From Prochlorococcus sp. AG-670-N10 (GTDB taxonomy: Bacteria > Cyanobacteriota > Cyanobacteriia > PCC-6307 > Cyanobiaceae): a DNA stretch of 64,000 nucleotides. Below the pieces are notes generated by a model. The model made no database searches, was not told the origin of the DNA, and saw only the letters and a list, made by a program, of their open reading frames with translations. Shown here piece after piece: positions 48,688 to 60,330 of this stretch; position 1 is the stretch's first letter, and each line of letters starts with the position of its first letter. The DNA is taken from contig QCSX01000004.1 of NCBI GenBank assembly GCA_003209065.1, positions 1,328 to 65,327 of the forward strand, read 5' to 3'. The translations under genes and the position numbers were made by a program.

Positions 48688-50010
48688 GTGTTTGATATTA
48701 GTAAAGAAAACTTTTTAAAGGATTTAATAAAGTTCCCCAAAAAAAATATATTTATAATTCTACTTTTTTTAGGTTTTGGAGAATGGTTTTTAAGTGATTT
48801 AATAAATTTTGCAGGCGGTTCAATAGGCTTTTTTATTTTATGTTTTGGGGGATATTTTTACTTAAAGAGTGAAAAGCCAAAATTTAAAGAGCCAAAGGAT
48901 TTAGAGGGTTGGATAAAACTTTGTAATGAAGATTTAGATTTCTTCGAGGAAATTGAATTACATAATAATTTAGAAAAACAAAATATTAATAGAAAAAAAG
49001 CTCTTGAATTAATCCTAAATAGAGAGAAAAAAGAGGAGATTTATTGTATTGGGCAGAAGAATTTTGACTCGAATGCAACATTATTTAAAAATTACTTTAA
49101 AGAAGATAAGTTTAAATTGAATTTTATGGAAAAACTTCCAAAATATAATTCTTCTGAAATTGTTCCTGAAGTAATTTTAAATAGCGATGCTATTTTGTAT
49201 TTTTTAAAATTACCTTTATCCGCTAATGATTTTTTGTGGTTAGAAAAACTTCCTAATAATATGCCCATTTGGTTAGTTGCATCATTTACAAAAGGATTAG
49301 ATTTTAATAATGAAATAGAGGAAGTTAAGGCTCAGATTTCAGGAGAATATGCAAACAGAATAATTAGAATTGACAAAACTAAAAATAGCTTTGCAAATAT
49401 ACCTTTTTCTTTGCGTAAGTTTTTTATAAGTTCAAATAATATTGAAAATACTAAAAAAAGACTTTTGAAGAGATTGCATACGAATTGGCAATCTGAGATT
49501 GAGGGAATAAGAAGAATGCAGTTGAAGGATTTACAGAGGAGAAATCAAATTATTGTTGCTACTTCTGTTTTCTTGTCTCCGATTCCATCAATAGATGTCT
49601 TATCAATGACTGTTTTAAATTCTTTAATGATTAAAGAAATTAAGTCTATATGGGGATGTAATTGGTCTCCAGAAATATTGGATAAAGTATCAAAACAAAT
49701 AATCAAGACTGCAATTGCACAGGGAGTAATTGAATGGAGTGGTCAGACTTTAATAGGCTTAACAAAATTGCATGGCCCAAATTGGTTAGTAACTGGGGCA
49801 TTCCAAGCAATAAGCGCAGCATATTTAACAAGAGTAGTATCAAGTTCATTGGCCGATTTCATGGCTTTAACAAAAGGAGTCTCAGAACCTGATTTGGAAT
49901 TTATAAAAGAAAACTCCGATAAGATCGTTGAAAGAGCCTTTGAAAATGAAAAAATAAATTGGAAATCTTTGATACCAGAGTTAAATATTCCATTGATTCG
50001 ACTCACCTAA
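48688..50010 (+). CDS. Membrane protein with DUF697-like C-terminal domain
   Basis: It has a GTG start and two N-terminal TM helices. The C-terminal hydrophobic block (IVATSVFLSPIPSIDVLSMTVLN...GAFQAISAAYLTRVV) resembles YcjF/DUF697. Confidence 0.45.
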   Translation: MFDISKENFLKDLIKFPKKNIFIILLFLGFGEWFLSDLINFAGGSIGFFILCFGGYFYLKSEKPKFKEPKDLEGWIKLCNEDLDFFEEIELHNNLEKQNINRKKALELILNREKKEEIYCIGQKNFDSNATLFKNYFKEDKFKLNFMEKLPKYNSSEIVPEVILNSDAILYFLKLPLSANDFLWLEKLPNNMPIWLVASFTKGLDFNNEIEEVKAQISGEYANRIIRIDKTKNSFANIPFSLRKFFISSNNIENTKKRLLKRLHTNWQSEIEGIRRMQLKDLQRRNQIIVATSVFLSPIPSIDVLSMTVLNSLMIKEIKSIWGCNWSPEILDKVSKQIIKTAIAQGVIEWSGQTLIGLTKLHGPNWLVTGAFQAISAAYLTRVVSSSLADFMALTKGVSEPDLEFIKENSDKIVERAFENEKINWKSLIPELNIPLIRLT

Positions 50011-50045
50011 TAATTCCAAAATTTAGACTTACTGTAAAGAAAATT

Positions 50046-50948
50046 ATGAAAAAAAAGTTATTGCTCTTTGTATTTTCTTTTCTAATATTTCTTACCGCAA
50101 ATTCTTGCAAAAGGACTGCGTTTGAAAAAGAAACTAACAAAGAAATAATTTTGGCAAGTTTTACAGTCCTGGCAGATATTATTGAAAATGTTGCTAAAGA
50201 TGAGTTTGTTGTTAAATCAATTACTAAACCAGGAGTTGAAGTTCATGGTTATCAGCCAACTCCAAGTGATCTTATAAAAGCTTCCAAAGCCTTTGTTTTT
50301 TTTGATAATGGATTTGGATTTGAATTGTGGGCTGAGAAATTTGTTTCAAACTTACAAATTAAGAGAGTAACTATTTCAAATAGATTAGAACCGATTTTTA
50401 TAAGTGAAGATTTCTATAAAGGTAAACCTAATCCTCATGCGTGGATTTCTCCTAAAAGGGGAATGATTTATGTAGATGTTATCGTTGATTCTTTATCAGA
50501 ACTAAAACCATCGGAAGCAGAATCATTTAAAAATAACGGACAAATTTACAAGAATAAAATCGCTAAAATAGATAAAGATTTTTCACTTTTTATTAATAAT
50601 CTTGAGAAAAATAATAGGTATCTAGTAACTTGTGAAGGGGCATTCTCTTATCTCACAAATGATTACGGATTAAAAGAAGCTTATTTATGGCCAGTTAATG
50701 CTGAAAGTCAAATTACACCTAAAAGAATGGCAAGAACAATTTCTTTGGTAAAAAATAAAAATATCCCATCAGTCTTTTGTGAAAGCACTGTAAGTAATAA
50801 ATCACAAATGGTTGTTGCCAGTGAAACAGGAGCAAAGTTTGGGGGAGATCTTTTTGTTGATTCCCTTTCTCATGATAATAAGAGTGCTAATACTTATTTA
50901 AAAATGCTTCAACATAATTTGACTCTTATTAAAATAGGCCTCAATTAA
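50046..50948 (+). CDS. mntC: Metal (Mn/Zn) ABC transporter substrate-binding lipoprotein, TroA/cluster-9 family
   Basis: I place the start at MKKKLLLFVFSFLIFLTANSC, a signal peptide with a lipobox. The body has TroA-like motifs (VEVHGYQPTPSD, NPHAWISP). Confidence 0.8.
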   Translation: MKKKLLLFVFSFLIFLTANSCKRTAFEKETNKEIILASFTVLADIIENVAKDEFVVKSITKPGVEVHGYQPTPSDLIKASKAFVFFDNGFGFELWAEKFVSNLQIKRVTISNRLEPIFISEDFYKGKPNPHAWISPKRGMIYVDVIVDSLSELKPSEAESFKNNGQIYKNKIAKIDKDFSLFINNLEKNNRYLVTCEGAFSYLTNDYGLKEAYLWPVNAESQITPKRMARTISLVKNKNIPSVFCESTVSNKSQMVVASETGAKFGGDLFVDSLSHDNKSANTYLKMLQHNLTLIKIGLN

Positions 50949-50952
50949 AAAT

Positions 50953-51717
50953 ATGGATGAACTTAATTATAAAAGTTATAGAATTGATGCAGAAAATATC
51001 TGTGTTGATTATCACGGAAAAGTTGCTTTATATGATGCGAATTTAAGATTAAAGGCTGGACAAATTTGTGGATTAGTAGGAATGAATGGTGCGGGGAAAA
51101 CAACTTTTTTTAACGCCTTAACTGGTTTTGTAAATATCTCAAAAGGTAAAATAAGAATAAATGGTGAGTCTTTAAGAATTGCTCAACAAGATCAGTCAAT
51201 TGCATATGTTCCTCAAAGTGAAGGAATTGATAGTCAATTTCCAGTAAGTGTATGGGATGTTGTAATGATGGGTCGATATGGGTCAATGAATATTCTGAGA
51301 TCGCCAAGAGAATCAGATATTCAAGCTGTTAAGGATGCTATAGAAAGAGTTGATCTTATGGAACTTTCATCTACCCCAATTGCCAATTTATCTGGGGGAC
51401 AAAGGAAAAGAACTTTTTTAGCAAGAGCTATTGCACAACGGGCATCAATACTATTACTTGATGAACCCTTCGCAGGAGTTGATATTAGAACTGAGAAACT
51501 TATCTCAGAATTATTTATTCAATTTAAAAATGAGGGAAAAACAATTTTGCTATCTACTCATGATATGATTCATGTTCGTGAATTTTGTGATTTAGTTCTT
51601 TTAATAAATAAGACAGTTGTTGCATATGGAGAGACTTCGGAAGTATTTACCCCAGAAAATATTACAAGTACTTTTGGAGGGATGTCGCCAGATGTCTTGT
51701 TTGGACCTGAATCTTAA
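50953..51717 (+). CDS. mntA: Metal ABC transporter ATP-binding protein
   Basis: It has Walker A GMNGAGKTT, signature LSGGQRKR and Walker B LLLDEPF. Confidence 0.85.
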   Translation: MDELNYKSYRIDAENICVDYHGKVALYDANLRLKAGQICGLVGMNGAGKTTFFNALTGFVNISKGKIRINGESLRIAQQDQSIAYVPQSEGIDSQFPVSVWDVVMMGRYGSMNILRSPRESDIQAVKDAIERVDLMELSSTPIANLSGGQRKRTFLARAIAQRASILLLDEPFAGVDIRTEKLISELFIQFKNEGKTILLSTHDMIHVREFCDLVLLINKTVVAYGETSEVFTPENITSTFGGMSPDVLFGPES

Positions 51718-51728
51718 AATCTAGTTTT

Positions 51729-52601
51729 ATGGATCTATGCTTTTTATCTACAAACATAACTTCTTTTGTAGCAGATCCTTTATCTCATGAATTTATGAGA
51801 AAAGCTCTATTGATGAGCTCATTAGTAGCAGCTGTTTGTGGATTTTTATCTAGTTATTTAACACTTAAAGGTTGGGCTTTAATGGGAGATGCGGTATCTC
51901 ACTCTGTAATGCCTGGTGTTGTTGTGGCTTATGCTTTGGGACTTCCTTTCTCGCTTGGGGCTTTCATTTTTGGAGTGGGTTCTGTAGCTTTAATAGGCTT
52001 TGTTAAACAAAAATCCAGAGTTAAAGAAGATACCGTAATTGGCTTGGTTTTTACAGGTTTTTTTGCTCTTGGAATAGTTTTAGTTTCAAAGATTAAAAGT
52101 AATATTGATCTTCACTCAATTCTTTTTGGTAGCCCTCTAGGGATCTCTCTCTCAGATGTAAAACAGACGGTATTTATTTCTCTATTAGTGGTAATACTAT
52201 TGTCAGTTTTTAGGAAAGACTTAATACTTTATTGTTTTGATCCAAGACACGCAAAAACAGTAGGAATTAATGTCTTATTTCTTCATTATTTATTACTTAC
52301 ATGCTTGTCTTTAGCGGCTGTAGTTGGATTACAATCTGTTGGAATAGTTCTGGTTGTTGCAATGCTGATTACTCCTGGTGCAACGGCATATTTATTAACA
52401 GATAAGTTTGATAATATGACCATCATTTCAGTAATTAGTGCAATTATTTCAAGTGTATTAGGGATTTATTTTAGCTTTTGGTTTGATCTTGAAACTGGCG
52501 GCTCAATTGTATTAGTTCAAACATTTATATTTTTATTTGCTTTTTTATTTGCTCCAAGATACGGGATATTTAAATTTAAAAAATTATTTTCTAGTTATTA
52601 G
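51729..52601 (+). CDS. mntB: Metal ABC transporter permease (ABC-3 family)
   Basis: The 290-aa polytopic protein contains GDAVSHSVMPGVV, typical of MntB/ZnuB/TroC permeases. Confidence 0.85.
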   Translation: MDLCFLSTNITSFVADPLSHEFMRKALLMSSLVAAVCGFLSSYLTLKGWALMGDAVSHSVMPGVVVAYALGLPFSLGAFIFGVGSVALIGFVKQKSRVKEDTVIGLVFTGFFALGIVLVSKIKSNIDLHSILFGSPLGISLSDVKQTVFISLLVVILLSVFRKDLILYCFDPRHAKTVGINVLFLHYLLLTCLSLAAVVGLQSVGIVLVVAMLITPGATAYLLTDKFDNMTIISVISAIISSVLGIYFSFWFDLETGGSIVLVQTFIFLFAFLFAPRYGIFKFKKLFSSY

Positions 52602-52607
52602 TGAAAA

Positions 52608-53774
52608 ATGGAAAATTACCTAAATAATAAAAGTTGGAATTGGTGGCCTTTATTTCCCCTATATCCATATGGAAAAAAGAAAACTATTCTTAGAGAAATA
52701 ATTCCTAACGAAATATGGTCCTTGGAACAGATTCAGGGTTTATATTATGTTGCAGTGCCAATCAGAATGACAATAATTAAGGTTAATAATGGACTAATGC
52801 TAATTAACCCTTTACCTCCTACGAAGGAACTTGTAAATGCATTAGAAGAATTAATTTCCATTTATGGAAAAGTAAAAACAATTGTGCTCCCTAGTGCTTC
52901 TGGATTAGAACATAAAATTGGATTACCAGCATTAGTTAGAGTTTTCAAGGATGCTGAGATTTGGTTATGTCCTGGCCAATGGAGTTTTCCTATTAATCTT
53001 CCTTTAGATTTTCTTGGAATCCCGTCGAAACGGACAAAGATACTTTTTAAAGATGGAACTCCTTATGAAGAATGTTTTAAATGGTCTTCATTAGGGCCTT
53101 TGAATTTAGGACTTGGAACATACCAGGAGGTGAGTTGTTTTCATCTTTCAACAAGGACACTACATGTTACAGACGCTATAGTTGGCATCGAATCAACACC
53201 TCCAGAAATATTTGACTTCGATCCAACCCCTTTATTATTTCATTCGAGAGATCGAGGCGATGAACCTATTCTTGATAACGTTGAATCTAGAAAAAAAGGT
53301 TGGGCAAGAATTGTATTGTTTTCATCTTTTTTAAAACCAGGAAAATTAAATATTCCCTCTCTGAAACAAATTATCAAATACTCTTTTAAAGAAGGTCTTC
53401 GAAATAAGAAATCACATTTTGGAATTTACCCTTTTTTATGGGATGAAGATTGGGAATCATCTTTAGTTGAAATTATGGGTGAAAATATTCCAAAGATTCA
53501 AATTGCTCCTGTTTTGCAAAATTTAATATTTCCTAGATCAAAACAAGTACTTCTTGGATGGCTAGAAAAAATTAAAACTTATGAAAACATGGAATATTTG
53601 ATATCAGCTCATTATTCTGCCCCTATTAATTTCAAAGAAGAAAATTGTCAGAATTTGATAGATGAAATTAATTCAGATAAATGGAATAAATTACCAGATG
53701 ATAATAAATTCCTTGTTAATTTATATAAAAAATTATTTGAATTGGGGATAATTCCAAAAAAAGTAAATGTTTAG
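52608..53774 (+). CDS. DUF4336-like conserved cyanobacterial/plastid-lineage protein
   Basis: The 388-aa ORF starts 6 nt after mntB. The N-terminal pattern IWSLEQIQG..VPIRMTIIKVNNGLMLINPLPPTKEL...VKTIVLPS matches my recollection of DUF4336. Confidence 0.45.
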   Translation: MENYLNNKSWNWWPLFPLYPYGKKKTILREIIPNEIWSLEQIQGLYYVAVPIRMTIIKVNNGLMLINPLPPTKELVNALEELISIYGKVKTIVLPSASGLEHKIGLPALVRVFKDAEIWLCPGQWSFPINLPLDFLGIPSKRTKILFKDGTPYEECFKWSSLGPLNLGLGTYQEVSCFHLSTRTLHVTDAIVGIESTPPEIFDFDPTPLLFHSRDRGDEPILDNVESRKKGWARIVLFSSFLKPGKLNIPSLKQIIKYSFKEGLRNKKSHFGIYPFLWDEDWESSLVEIMGENIPKIQIAPVLQNLIFPRSKQVLLGWLEKIKTYENMEYLISAHYSAPINFKEENCQNLIDEINSDKWNKLPDDNKFLVNLYKKLFELGIIPKKVNV

Positions 53775-53778
53775 AGAT

Positions 53779-54117
53779 TTATTCTTCCTCAATGGCCATT
53801 TCTTCATCACTTTTTAGTGTTTGTTCAAGCTCTTTCCTTTGCTCCATTTGTCTCAAGAAATATCCTGTCATCATTGCAGAAGAAAGTAAATTAGCGATAT
53901 TATCTTTTGAAGATGTTATTTTTACATCAAATTGATCAGATGGCAACATCCCTAGAAGACCTTGAACATTGTGCCTTATTATTTCTTGAATATCTTCACT
54001 AGCCGATTTGGCTACTCTCTGCAAAACTTCTGGAGACTGTTTTTGTAGATATTGAATCAAATCATTCTCATCATTTGGATCATTATTTTCAGTAGCTAGA
54101 AATTCAGGATTGAACAT
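53779..54117 (-). CDS. DUF760 protein
   Basis: The 112-aa protein contains LIQYLQKQSPEVLQRVAKSASEDIQEIIRHNVQGLLGMLP and MMTGYFLRQMEQR, typical of DUF760. Confidence 0.6.
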   Translation of the reverse strand: MFNPEFLATENNDPNDENDLIQYLQKQSPEVLQRVAKSASEDIQEIIRHNVQGLLGMLPSDQFDVKITSSKDNIANLLSSAMMTGYFLRQMEQRKELEQTLKSDEEMAIEEE

Positions 54118-54162
54118 TTATGCATCTTCAACTTATAAAAACCTTACAACACCATGAACCCT

Positions 54163-54747
54163 TTAACCTACATTATTAAGACCAGGGAACCGAATAGGAC
54201 CAATTTTATTTAATGGCCAATATCTAAAAATAGCCTTTCCTATTACTTTTTCATAAGGAAGAAATCCCCATATATGTGAATCCATACTGTTATTTCTGTT
54301 ATCTCCCATTACCCATAGTGATTTCTCAGGAACATAATATGGACCTGTCGAATAGTTGATGTTCTTATCAGAAATATAATTATTTTGAGCAATATCATTT
54401 AAATATAAATTACCTTCTTTTACTTCTACTTTATCTCCAGGGACCCCAATTACCCTTTTGATTAACGCAATATCTGATTCATACCCAGCTTCAATTAATT
54501 GTTCTGGAACATTAAAAACAATGATTTTATTTTTTAATTTAGATAAGTTTGATTTAGAGGTTATTTTTGGAGTTAACTTTTCAACTAATATTTTGTCTTG
54601 GATTTGAAGGGTCGGGAGCATAGATCCTGAGGGAATCCACCTTGGTTCGATTACTTGCCATCGTATAATTAAAGCAATTATTATCCAAATAAAAAGATTT
54701 TTAAAATCATTTAGTATTGAACTTTTTTTCCCTGCTGGATTTTGCAT
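54163..54747 (-). CDS. lepB: Signal peptidase I
   Basis: It has an N-terminal TM helix, the catalytic Ser box PSGSMLPTL, the Lys box KRVIGVPGD and the motif GDNRNNSMDS. Confidence 0.9.
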   Translation of the reverse strand: MQNPAGKKSSILNDFKNLFIWIIIALIIRWQVIEPRWIPSGSMLPTLQIQDKILVEKLTPKITSKSNLSKLKNKIIVFNVPEQLIEAGYESDIALIKRVIGVPGDKVEVKEGNLYLNDIAQNNYISDKNINYSTGPYYVPEKSLWVMGDNRNNSMDSHIWGFLPYEKVIGKAIFRYWPLNKIGPIRFPGLNNVG

Positions 54748-54797
54748 TATTTAATTATTTATTTGTAAAAAGAAATTTTAAAGTATTTATATAAATT

Positions 54798-56597
54798 ATG
54801 ACATCATCTATAGAATGCCAAAATTTCTTTAGAAGTTTACAACTTTTAGATCTTTTTACAAAAATAGGGGTTAAAAATTTAATTTTATGTCCAGGCAGTA
54901 GATCAGCTCCTTTAGCAATAGCCGCAGGAGAGTTAAATAAACGTAGGATCTTAAATGTATTTAATTCCATAGACGAGAGATCTGCTGGGTTTCATTCACT
55001 TGGAATTTCTACTGCATCTGGAGATGTTTCATTAGTTGTTACGACATCTGGAACCGCAGTTGGTAATTTATTGCCTGCAGCCATTGAAGCAGATAAATCA
55101 TGTAAATCAATTGTATTTATAACAGCTGATAGACCTTCAAGGTTAAAAAATTGTGGTTCTAATCAAACAGTAAATCAAGAGGAATTTTTGAATTCAGTTT
55201 GTAGAAGTAATTTGAGTACTAATTTAAATGGAATTCATGAAAATAATGATGATGACATTTTGAAAATAGTAGAAACTATAAAAAAACAAATACTCCAATC
55301 GCCTGGACCTATTCATTTAAATATTCCATTTGAAAAACCTTTAGATATATCTTTGAATAATAAAAAAAAGAATTTCGAGGTTTTTGAAAGATTTTATTTA
55401 AAAAAAACCTATCAATTCTTAAAAAATGATAATCAGAACAAAAATATTCAATTTTCTGAAAAATGTTTTAAAAGGATAAATTTGTCTAATCCTGGAATTA
55501 TTATTGTTGGCCCATATCAGGGTTCTACTAAAGATTTGGATTCTTTTAATAGTGCTTTAAAAAAATTACAAGAAATTACAGGATGGCCTGTTCTTGTTGA
55601 TCCTGTTTCAGGCGTTTCAGCTGAATTGAGAGGTTTAGTTGAAAATTGGGAATTAATTCTTAAAACAAATAAAAATATTATTCAATGTGATCAGATCTTG
55701 AGGCTTGGTCCTCTTTCATCTTCTAATGATTTAGAGGATTTTTTATTAAATTTTGAAGGGTTACAAATTCTTGTAAAAGAAAATAATATAAGAAAACTAG
55801 ATCCTATAAAAAAATCTTTAGAATATGATTTTGGAATAAGAAATTTTGTTAACCAACTTTTAGGAGCATCTTCAAATGACAATAAAAAGATTAAACCTTT
55901 AATCAATTTGGGAAAAATCTTAATCAAAGAAGGGGCAAAAATAAAGGAAATTTTAAAAGAACAAGTATTTTCAAATACTGAAATAACAGAATATAAACTT
56001 GCAAATTTTGTACCAAAAATTTGGCCAGAAAATTATCCTATTATGCTCTCAGCTAGTAGTCCTATTAGAGATTGGCTCACATTCTCTGAAAATGCGACTT
56101 TAACAAGGGAATGTTTCAGCTTCAGAGGGGCTTCAGGTATAGATGGCACTTTATCACTTGCTTTAGGTATTGCAAGAATAACTAAACCTTTACTTCTGGT
56201 AACTGGAGATTTGGCATTAATTCATGATATCAATGGGTTTCTCATTGAAAATGCAATTGAATTAAATTTAACTATCTTATTAATCAACAATAATGGTGGA
56301 AATATATTTAATAATTTATATAAAAATAATTTAGAAGAAGAGGAATTAAAGAAACTTTTCATAATGCCTAAATCTATAAATTGGGAAAACCTAGCAAAAG
56401 GTTATCAAGTACCAATTAAAAATGTTTCAGATTTGAATAAGTTAAGAGAAGCTTTTGAATGGAGCCTTTCTATGCAAAAATCAGTAATAATTAAAGTCGA
56501 TATTAATGTTGAAAACGAAATGAAAGGAAGAAATTTAATCTTAAAAAAATTCTCACAAGTTAATGAATTTACTTTTTCAAACTATCTAAATCTATGA
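54798..56597 (+). CDS. menD: SEPHCHC synthase (2-succinyl-5-enolpyruvyl-6-hydroxy-3-cyclohexene-1-carboxylate synthase)
   Basis: It is a ThDP enzyme ([29 protein letters not shown]). Its stop overlaps the menB start. Confidence 0.85.
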   Translation: MTSSIECQNFFRSLQLLDLFTKIGVKNLILCPGSRSAPLAIAAGELNKRRILNVFNSIDERSAGFHSLGISTASGDVSLVVTTSGTAVGNLLPAAIEADKSCKSIVFITADRPSRLKNCGSNQTVNQEEFLNSVCRSNLSTNLNGIHENNDDDILKIVETIKKQILQSPGPIHLNIPFEKPLDISLNNKKKNFEVFERFYLKKTYQFLKNDNQNKNIQFSEKCFKRINLSNPGIIIVGPYQGSTKDLDSFNSALKKLQEITGWPVLVDPVSGVSAELRGLVENWELILKTNKNIIQCDQILRLGPLSSSNDLEDFLLNFEGLQILVKENNIRKLDPIKKSLEYDFGIRNFVNQLLGASSNDNKKIKPLINLGKILIKEGAKIKEILKEQVFSNTEITEYKLANFVPKIWPENYPIMLSASSPIRDWLTFSENATLTRECFSFRGASGIDGTLSLALGIARITKPLLLVTGDLALIHDINGFLIENAIELNLTILLINNNGGNIFNNLYKNNLEEEELKKLFIMPKSINWENLAKGYQVPIKNVSDLNKLREAFEWSLSMQKSVIIKVDINVENEMKGRNLILKKFSQVNEFTFSNYLNL

Positions 56598-57451
56598 AAA
56601 TATTACCTGGAAAAACTAACTCAAATTGGACAGAATGGAAATCTTATGAAGATATCTTGTTTCATAATAGTGGAGATGGGATAGCAAGAATCGCAATTAA
56701 TCGACCTGAGAAAAGAAACGCATTTCGTCCAAAAACAGTTTGTGAGATGTTAGATGCTTTCAATCTTGTTAGAAACGATGAGAAGATCGGAGTTGTACTT
56801 CTAACAGGTGCAGGTCCAGATAAAAAAGGGGTGTTTTCGTTTTGTTCAGGAGGGGATCAAAGTATTAGAGGTCAAAATGGATACGAAGATGATGAGGGTA
56901 ATCAAAGACTAAATGTATTGGAATTGCAGAGGTTAATAAGAACTTTACCAAAAGTGGTTATAGCTTTAGTCCCCGGTTTCGCAATAGGGGGAGGGCAAGT
57001 TTTACAGCTTGTTTGTGATCTAAGTATTGCGTCTGAAAATGCAATATTTGGACAAACAGGTCCTAGAGTTGGGAGTTTTGATGCGGGATTTGGCTCAAGC
57101 TATTTAGCAAGATTAGTGGGACAAAGAAAGGCAAGGGAAATTTGGTTTTTATGTAGAAAATATAATTCGAAAGAAGCCTTAGAAATGGGATTAGTAAATG
57201 CGATTACAAAGATTGAAGAATTAGAAGCTGAGGGTGTAATCTGGGCAAGAGAGATTCTACGAAATAGTCCAACTGCTATTCGAATACTTAAGGCGTCATT
57301 TAATGCTGAGTGTGATGGGATAGCAGGTATTCAAGAATTATCTGGGTACACTACTCAGCTATTTTATTCGACGGATGAAGCACAAGAGGGCAGAGATGCC
57401 TTCCTTGAGAAACGTCCACCTGATTTTTCTGATTACGGATGGACTCCTTAA
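56594..57451 (+). CDS. menB: 1,4-dihydroxy-2-naphthoyl-CoA synthase
   Basis: The crotonase-fold protein contains [17 protein letters not shown] and [12 protein letters not shown]. The 4-nt ATGA overlap with menD is at 56594-56597. Confidence 0.9.
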   Translation: MKILPGKTNSNWTEWKSYEDILFHNSGDGIARIAINRPEKRNAFRPKTVCEMLDAFNLVRNDEKIGVVLLTGAGPDKKGVFSFCSGGDQSIRGQNGYEDDEGNQRLNVLELQRLIRTLPKVVIALVPGFAIGGGQVLQLVCDLSIASENAIFGQTGPRVGSFDAGFGSSYLARLVGQRKAREIWFLCRKYNSKEALEMGLVNAITKIEELEAEGVIWAREILRNSPTAIRILKASFNAECDGIAGIQELSGYTTQLFYSTDEAQEGRDAFLEKRPPDFSDYGWTP

Positions 57452-57496
57452 TAGCTTCTTACTCTTTAAAAAGCACTTTTTATAATAAATAATCTA

Positions 57497-58948
57497 ATGA
57501 GAATTCTTCTTGCTGCTGCTGAATGCGCTCCAATGATCAAAGTTGGAGGCATGGGAGATGTAGTTGGTTCATTACCACCCTCATTGATAAAACTTGGTCA
57601 CGATGTAAGAGTTATAATCCCTGGCTATGGCAAATTATGGAATCTACTAGAAGTATCAAGCGAACCAGTATTTAGAGCAAATACTATGGGAAATGATTTC
57701 TCTGTGTATGAAGCAAAACATCCAATACATAATTACGTAATCTACCTAGTTGGACATCCAACTTTTGATTCGGGCCAAATATATGGAGGAGAAGATGAAG
57801 ACTGGCGATTTACATTTTTTGCTAGTGCTACTGCTGAATTTTCCTGGAATTATTGGAAGCCCCAAGTTCTACATTGCCATGATTGGCACACGGGTATGAT
57901 TCCAGTATGGATGCATCAAGATCCTGAAGTAAGTACTGTTTTTACGATACATAATTTAAAATATCAAGGACCATGGAGATGGAAGCTTGAAAAAATGACC
58001 TGGTGTCCATGGTATATGCATGGAGACCATACAATGGCCGCTGCAATGTTGTATGCAGATAGAGTTAATGCCGTTTCTCCAACATATGCTGATGAGATAA
58101 AAACTCATGAGTATGGAGAAAGTCTTGAGGGATTATTGAATTATATTTCTGGGAAATTAAGAGGTATCCTCAACGGGATTGATCTAAATGAATGGGATCC
58201 TGATAAAGATAAAGTGTTACCTGCACAATTCAATATTAAAAATTTAGAAAGCAGATCAGAAAATAAGATTATTCTTCAGAAAGAGATGGGACTTGAAGTC
58301 AATAGTAAAAAATATCTTTTAGGTATGGTAAGTAGGCTAGTGGACCAAAAAGGTGTTGATTTAGTTTTGCAAGTTTCCCGAAGATTACTCGCATATACAG
58401 ATTCTCAAATTGCTATTTTAGGTACAGGTGATAGATATTTAGAATCTGGATTATGGCAATTAGCCTTAGATTATCCTGGAAGATTTTCAGTGTTTCTTAC
58501 TTATGATGATTCTTTATCAAGGCTTATCTATGGAGGATCTGATGCATTCTTAATGCCAAGCCGATTTGAACCCTGCGGTATCAGTCAATTACTTGCCATG
58601 AGATATGGATCAATTCCAATAGTAAGAAGAGTTGGAGGCTTGGTTGATACTGTTTTGCCTCATGATCCAGAAAATAATAGTGGTACAGGTTTTTGTTTTG
58701 ATCGATTTGAACCGATTGACTTTTATACTGCTCTAGTAAGATCGTGGGAGGCATTTAGGCATAAAGATAGTTGGAAATCATTACAGCTCAGAGCTATGAG
58801 TCAAGAATTTAGTTGGCAGAGATCGGCATTAGAATATGAATCGATGTATAAAGATGTATGTGGCATAAAGGCGCCATCCCCGGATATTGCTGAAATTGAA
58901 AAGTTTTCTTATGGGCAATCTGCTGATCCTTCTCTTAAAAAAATGTGA
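57497..58948 (+). CDS. glgA: Glycogen synthase (ADP-glucose type)
   Basis: It has the N-terminal [13 protein letters not shown], with HCHDWHTG and [11 protein letters not shown] further on. Confidence 0.92.
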   Translation: MRILLAAAECAPMIKVGGMGDVVGSLPPSLIKLGHDVRVIIPGYGKLWNLLEVSSEPVFRANTMGNDFSVYEAKHPIHNYVIYLVGHPTFDSGQIYGGEDEDWRFTFFASATAEFSWNYWKPQVLHCHDWHTGMIPVWMHQDPEVSTVFTIHNLKYQGPWRWKLEKMTWCPWYMHGDHTMAAAMLYADRVNAVSPTYADEIKTHEYGESLEGLLNYISGKLRGILNGIDLNEWDPDKDKVLPAQFNIKNLESRSENKIILQKEMGLEVNSKKYLLGMVSRLVDQKGVDLVLQVSRRLLAYTDSQIAILGTGDRYLESGLWQLALDYPGRFSVFLTYDDSLSRLIYGGSDAFLMPSRFEPCGISQLLAMRYGSIPIVRRVGGLVDTVLPHDPENNSGTGFCFDRFEPIDFYTALVRSWEAFRHKDSWKSLQLRAMSQEFSWQRSALEYESMYKDVCGIKAPSPDIAEIEKFSYGQSADPSLKKM

Positions 58949-58959
58949 TCTAAGTTTTA

Positions 58960-60330
58960 ATGGATTTTTCTGTACCTGATGTTAATAAGATTTTAGGTAA
59001 TATAAAAAATTGGGATAATCTTACAAATCAATTTCAAAGTTTTAAAAATATAAGTCTAGATAGTCGTACAATATTAAACCGCGAACTTTTTATTGCTATA
59101 AAAGGTACAAATTTTGATGGACATAATTTTCTTAATGAGGTTATAAAAAAAGGAGGAAAAGCTGTAGTAATAAAAGATGGGATGCAGAATTTATTACCTA
59201 ATAAGTTCCCTTTTTGGACCGTTCCAGATACTTTAGAGGCTTTTCAGAAATTAGCATTATTTAAAAGAAGAAAATTAAATATACCTGTTGTAGGAATTAC
59301 GGGATCAGTTGGTAAAACAACTACAAAAGAAATGATGGGAGAGGTTTTAAAGCAATTAGGAAAAATCAAATTAAGTCAGTTAAATTTTAATAATGAAATT
59401 GGGGTAGGCCTCACCATACTTGATTCTGACTTGAAAGATAAAACTTTAATACTTGAGATGGGAATGAGAGGCCTTGGGCAGATTGAAAATTTGTCCAAAT
59501 TTTCTGAACCTGATATCGCAGTTATTACAAATATTGGAAGCTCTCATATTGGAATACTAGGCTCAAAAGAAAATATCACTTATGCAAAATGCGAAATAAC
59601 TAAACATTTAAACCCAAAGGGCGTTGTAATTATTCCTGCAAACGATTTATTTTTAGAAGAAACTTTAAAAAGAAATTGGAATGGAAGAGTTATTAAAGTA
59701 GATTTACTAGATAAAAATCAAAAAGCTCAGAGTTTAAATAAAAGTAATTTGCAAGGATTTTATAATAGATCTAATAATTCTGTAATCATAGAAGATAAGA
59801 TCTTTGAAATATCTTTTCAAGGTTTTCATAATGCATTTAATTTCTTATTTGTATATGCGGTTGCAAAAGAGTTAGGAATAGAATTCAAAGATACTAACAA
59901 ATTTAATTTTGTCAGTTTAAATGGAAGGAATAAAATTCTCAAATCAAATAGGACTACCATATATGATGAAACTTATAATGCTTCTCCTGAATCTGTAAAA
60001 GCATGTATTGATAATTTATTAAACAATCCAAATAATCATTTTCTAATTTTTGGGAGTATGCAGGAATTAGGTAATAAAAGTAAAAAATATCATAAGGATC
60101 TTTTTGATTTTATAAATAGATCAGATATAAAAAAATGTATTTTTATCTGTGATAAAAATGATGAAATCTATTATGCAGACTATTTAAAAAATAGTACTAA
60201 ATTCTTATTCTTTAATGGGATTAATAAAGTTGGAGAAACTATAAATAAATATACAAAAAGGGGTGATTTCATCCTTATTAAAGGTAGCCGTAGTTGGCAG
60301 CTTGAAAGAGTTATTAAATCAATTTATTAA
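58960..60330 (+). CDS. murF: UDP-N-acetylmuramoyl-tripeptide--D-alanyl-D-alanine ligase
   Basis: It is a Mur ligase with the P-loop [14 protein letters not shown], a [10 protein letters not shown] motif, and a TNIGSSH motif between them. Confidence 0.88.
   Translation: MDFSVPDVNKILGNIKNWDNLTNQFQSFKNISLDSRTILNRELFIAIKGTNFDGHNFLNEVIKKGGKAVVIKDGMQNLLPNKFPFWTVPDTLEAFQKLALFKRRKLNIPVVGITGSVGKTTTKEMMGEVLKQLGKIKLSQLNFNNEIGVGLTILDSDLKDKTLILEMGMRGLGQIENLSKFSEPDIAVITNIGSSHIGILGSKENITYAKCEITKHLNPKGVVIIPANDLFLEETLKRNWNGRVIKVDLLDKNQKAQSLNKSNLQGFYNRSNNSVIIEDKIFEISFQGFHNAFNFLFVYAVAKELGIEFKDTNKFNFVSLNGRNKILKSNRTTIYDETYNASPESVKACIDNLLNNPNNHFLIFGSMQELGNKSKKYHKDLFDFINRSDIKKCIFICDKNDEIYYADYLKNSTKFLFFNGINKVGETINKYTKRGDFILIKGSRSWQLERVIKSIY

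Noticed and set aside
49959-50045. The track ORF gives mntC a 29-codon upstream extension overlapping the DUF697-like gene.
   Set aside because: A canonical lipoprotein signal peptide with a lipobox (LTANSC) begins at the ATG at 50046. The extension has no signal-peptide character.
54755-54970. A 71-aa minus-strand ORF spans the lepB-menD divergent spacer and the menD 5' end.
   Set aside because: It overlaps the conserved MenD N-terminus in antisense and has no motif. It would leave no promoter space for lepB or menD.
57452-57496. The near-palindrome aaaaagcacttttt followed by TATAAT lies between menB and glgA and could be a terminator plus promoter.
   Set aside because: The hairpin would have a 2-nt loop and an A/T-only stem, so it is not a credible terminator. 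The TATAAT is only 11 nt from the glgA ATG, so a promoter call there is uncertain without TSS data.
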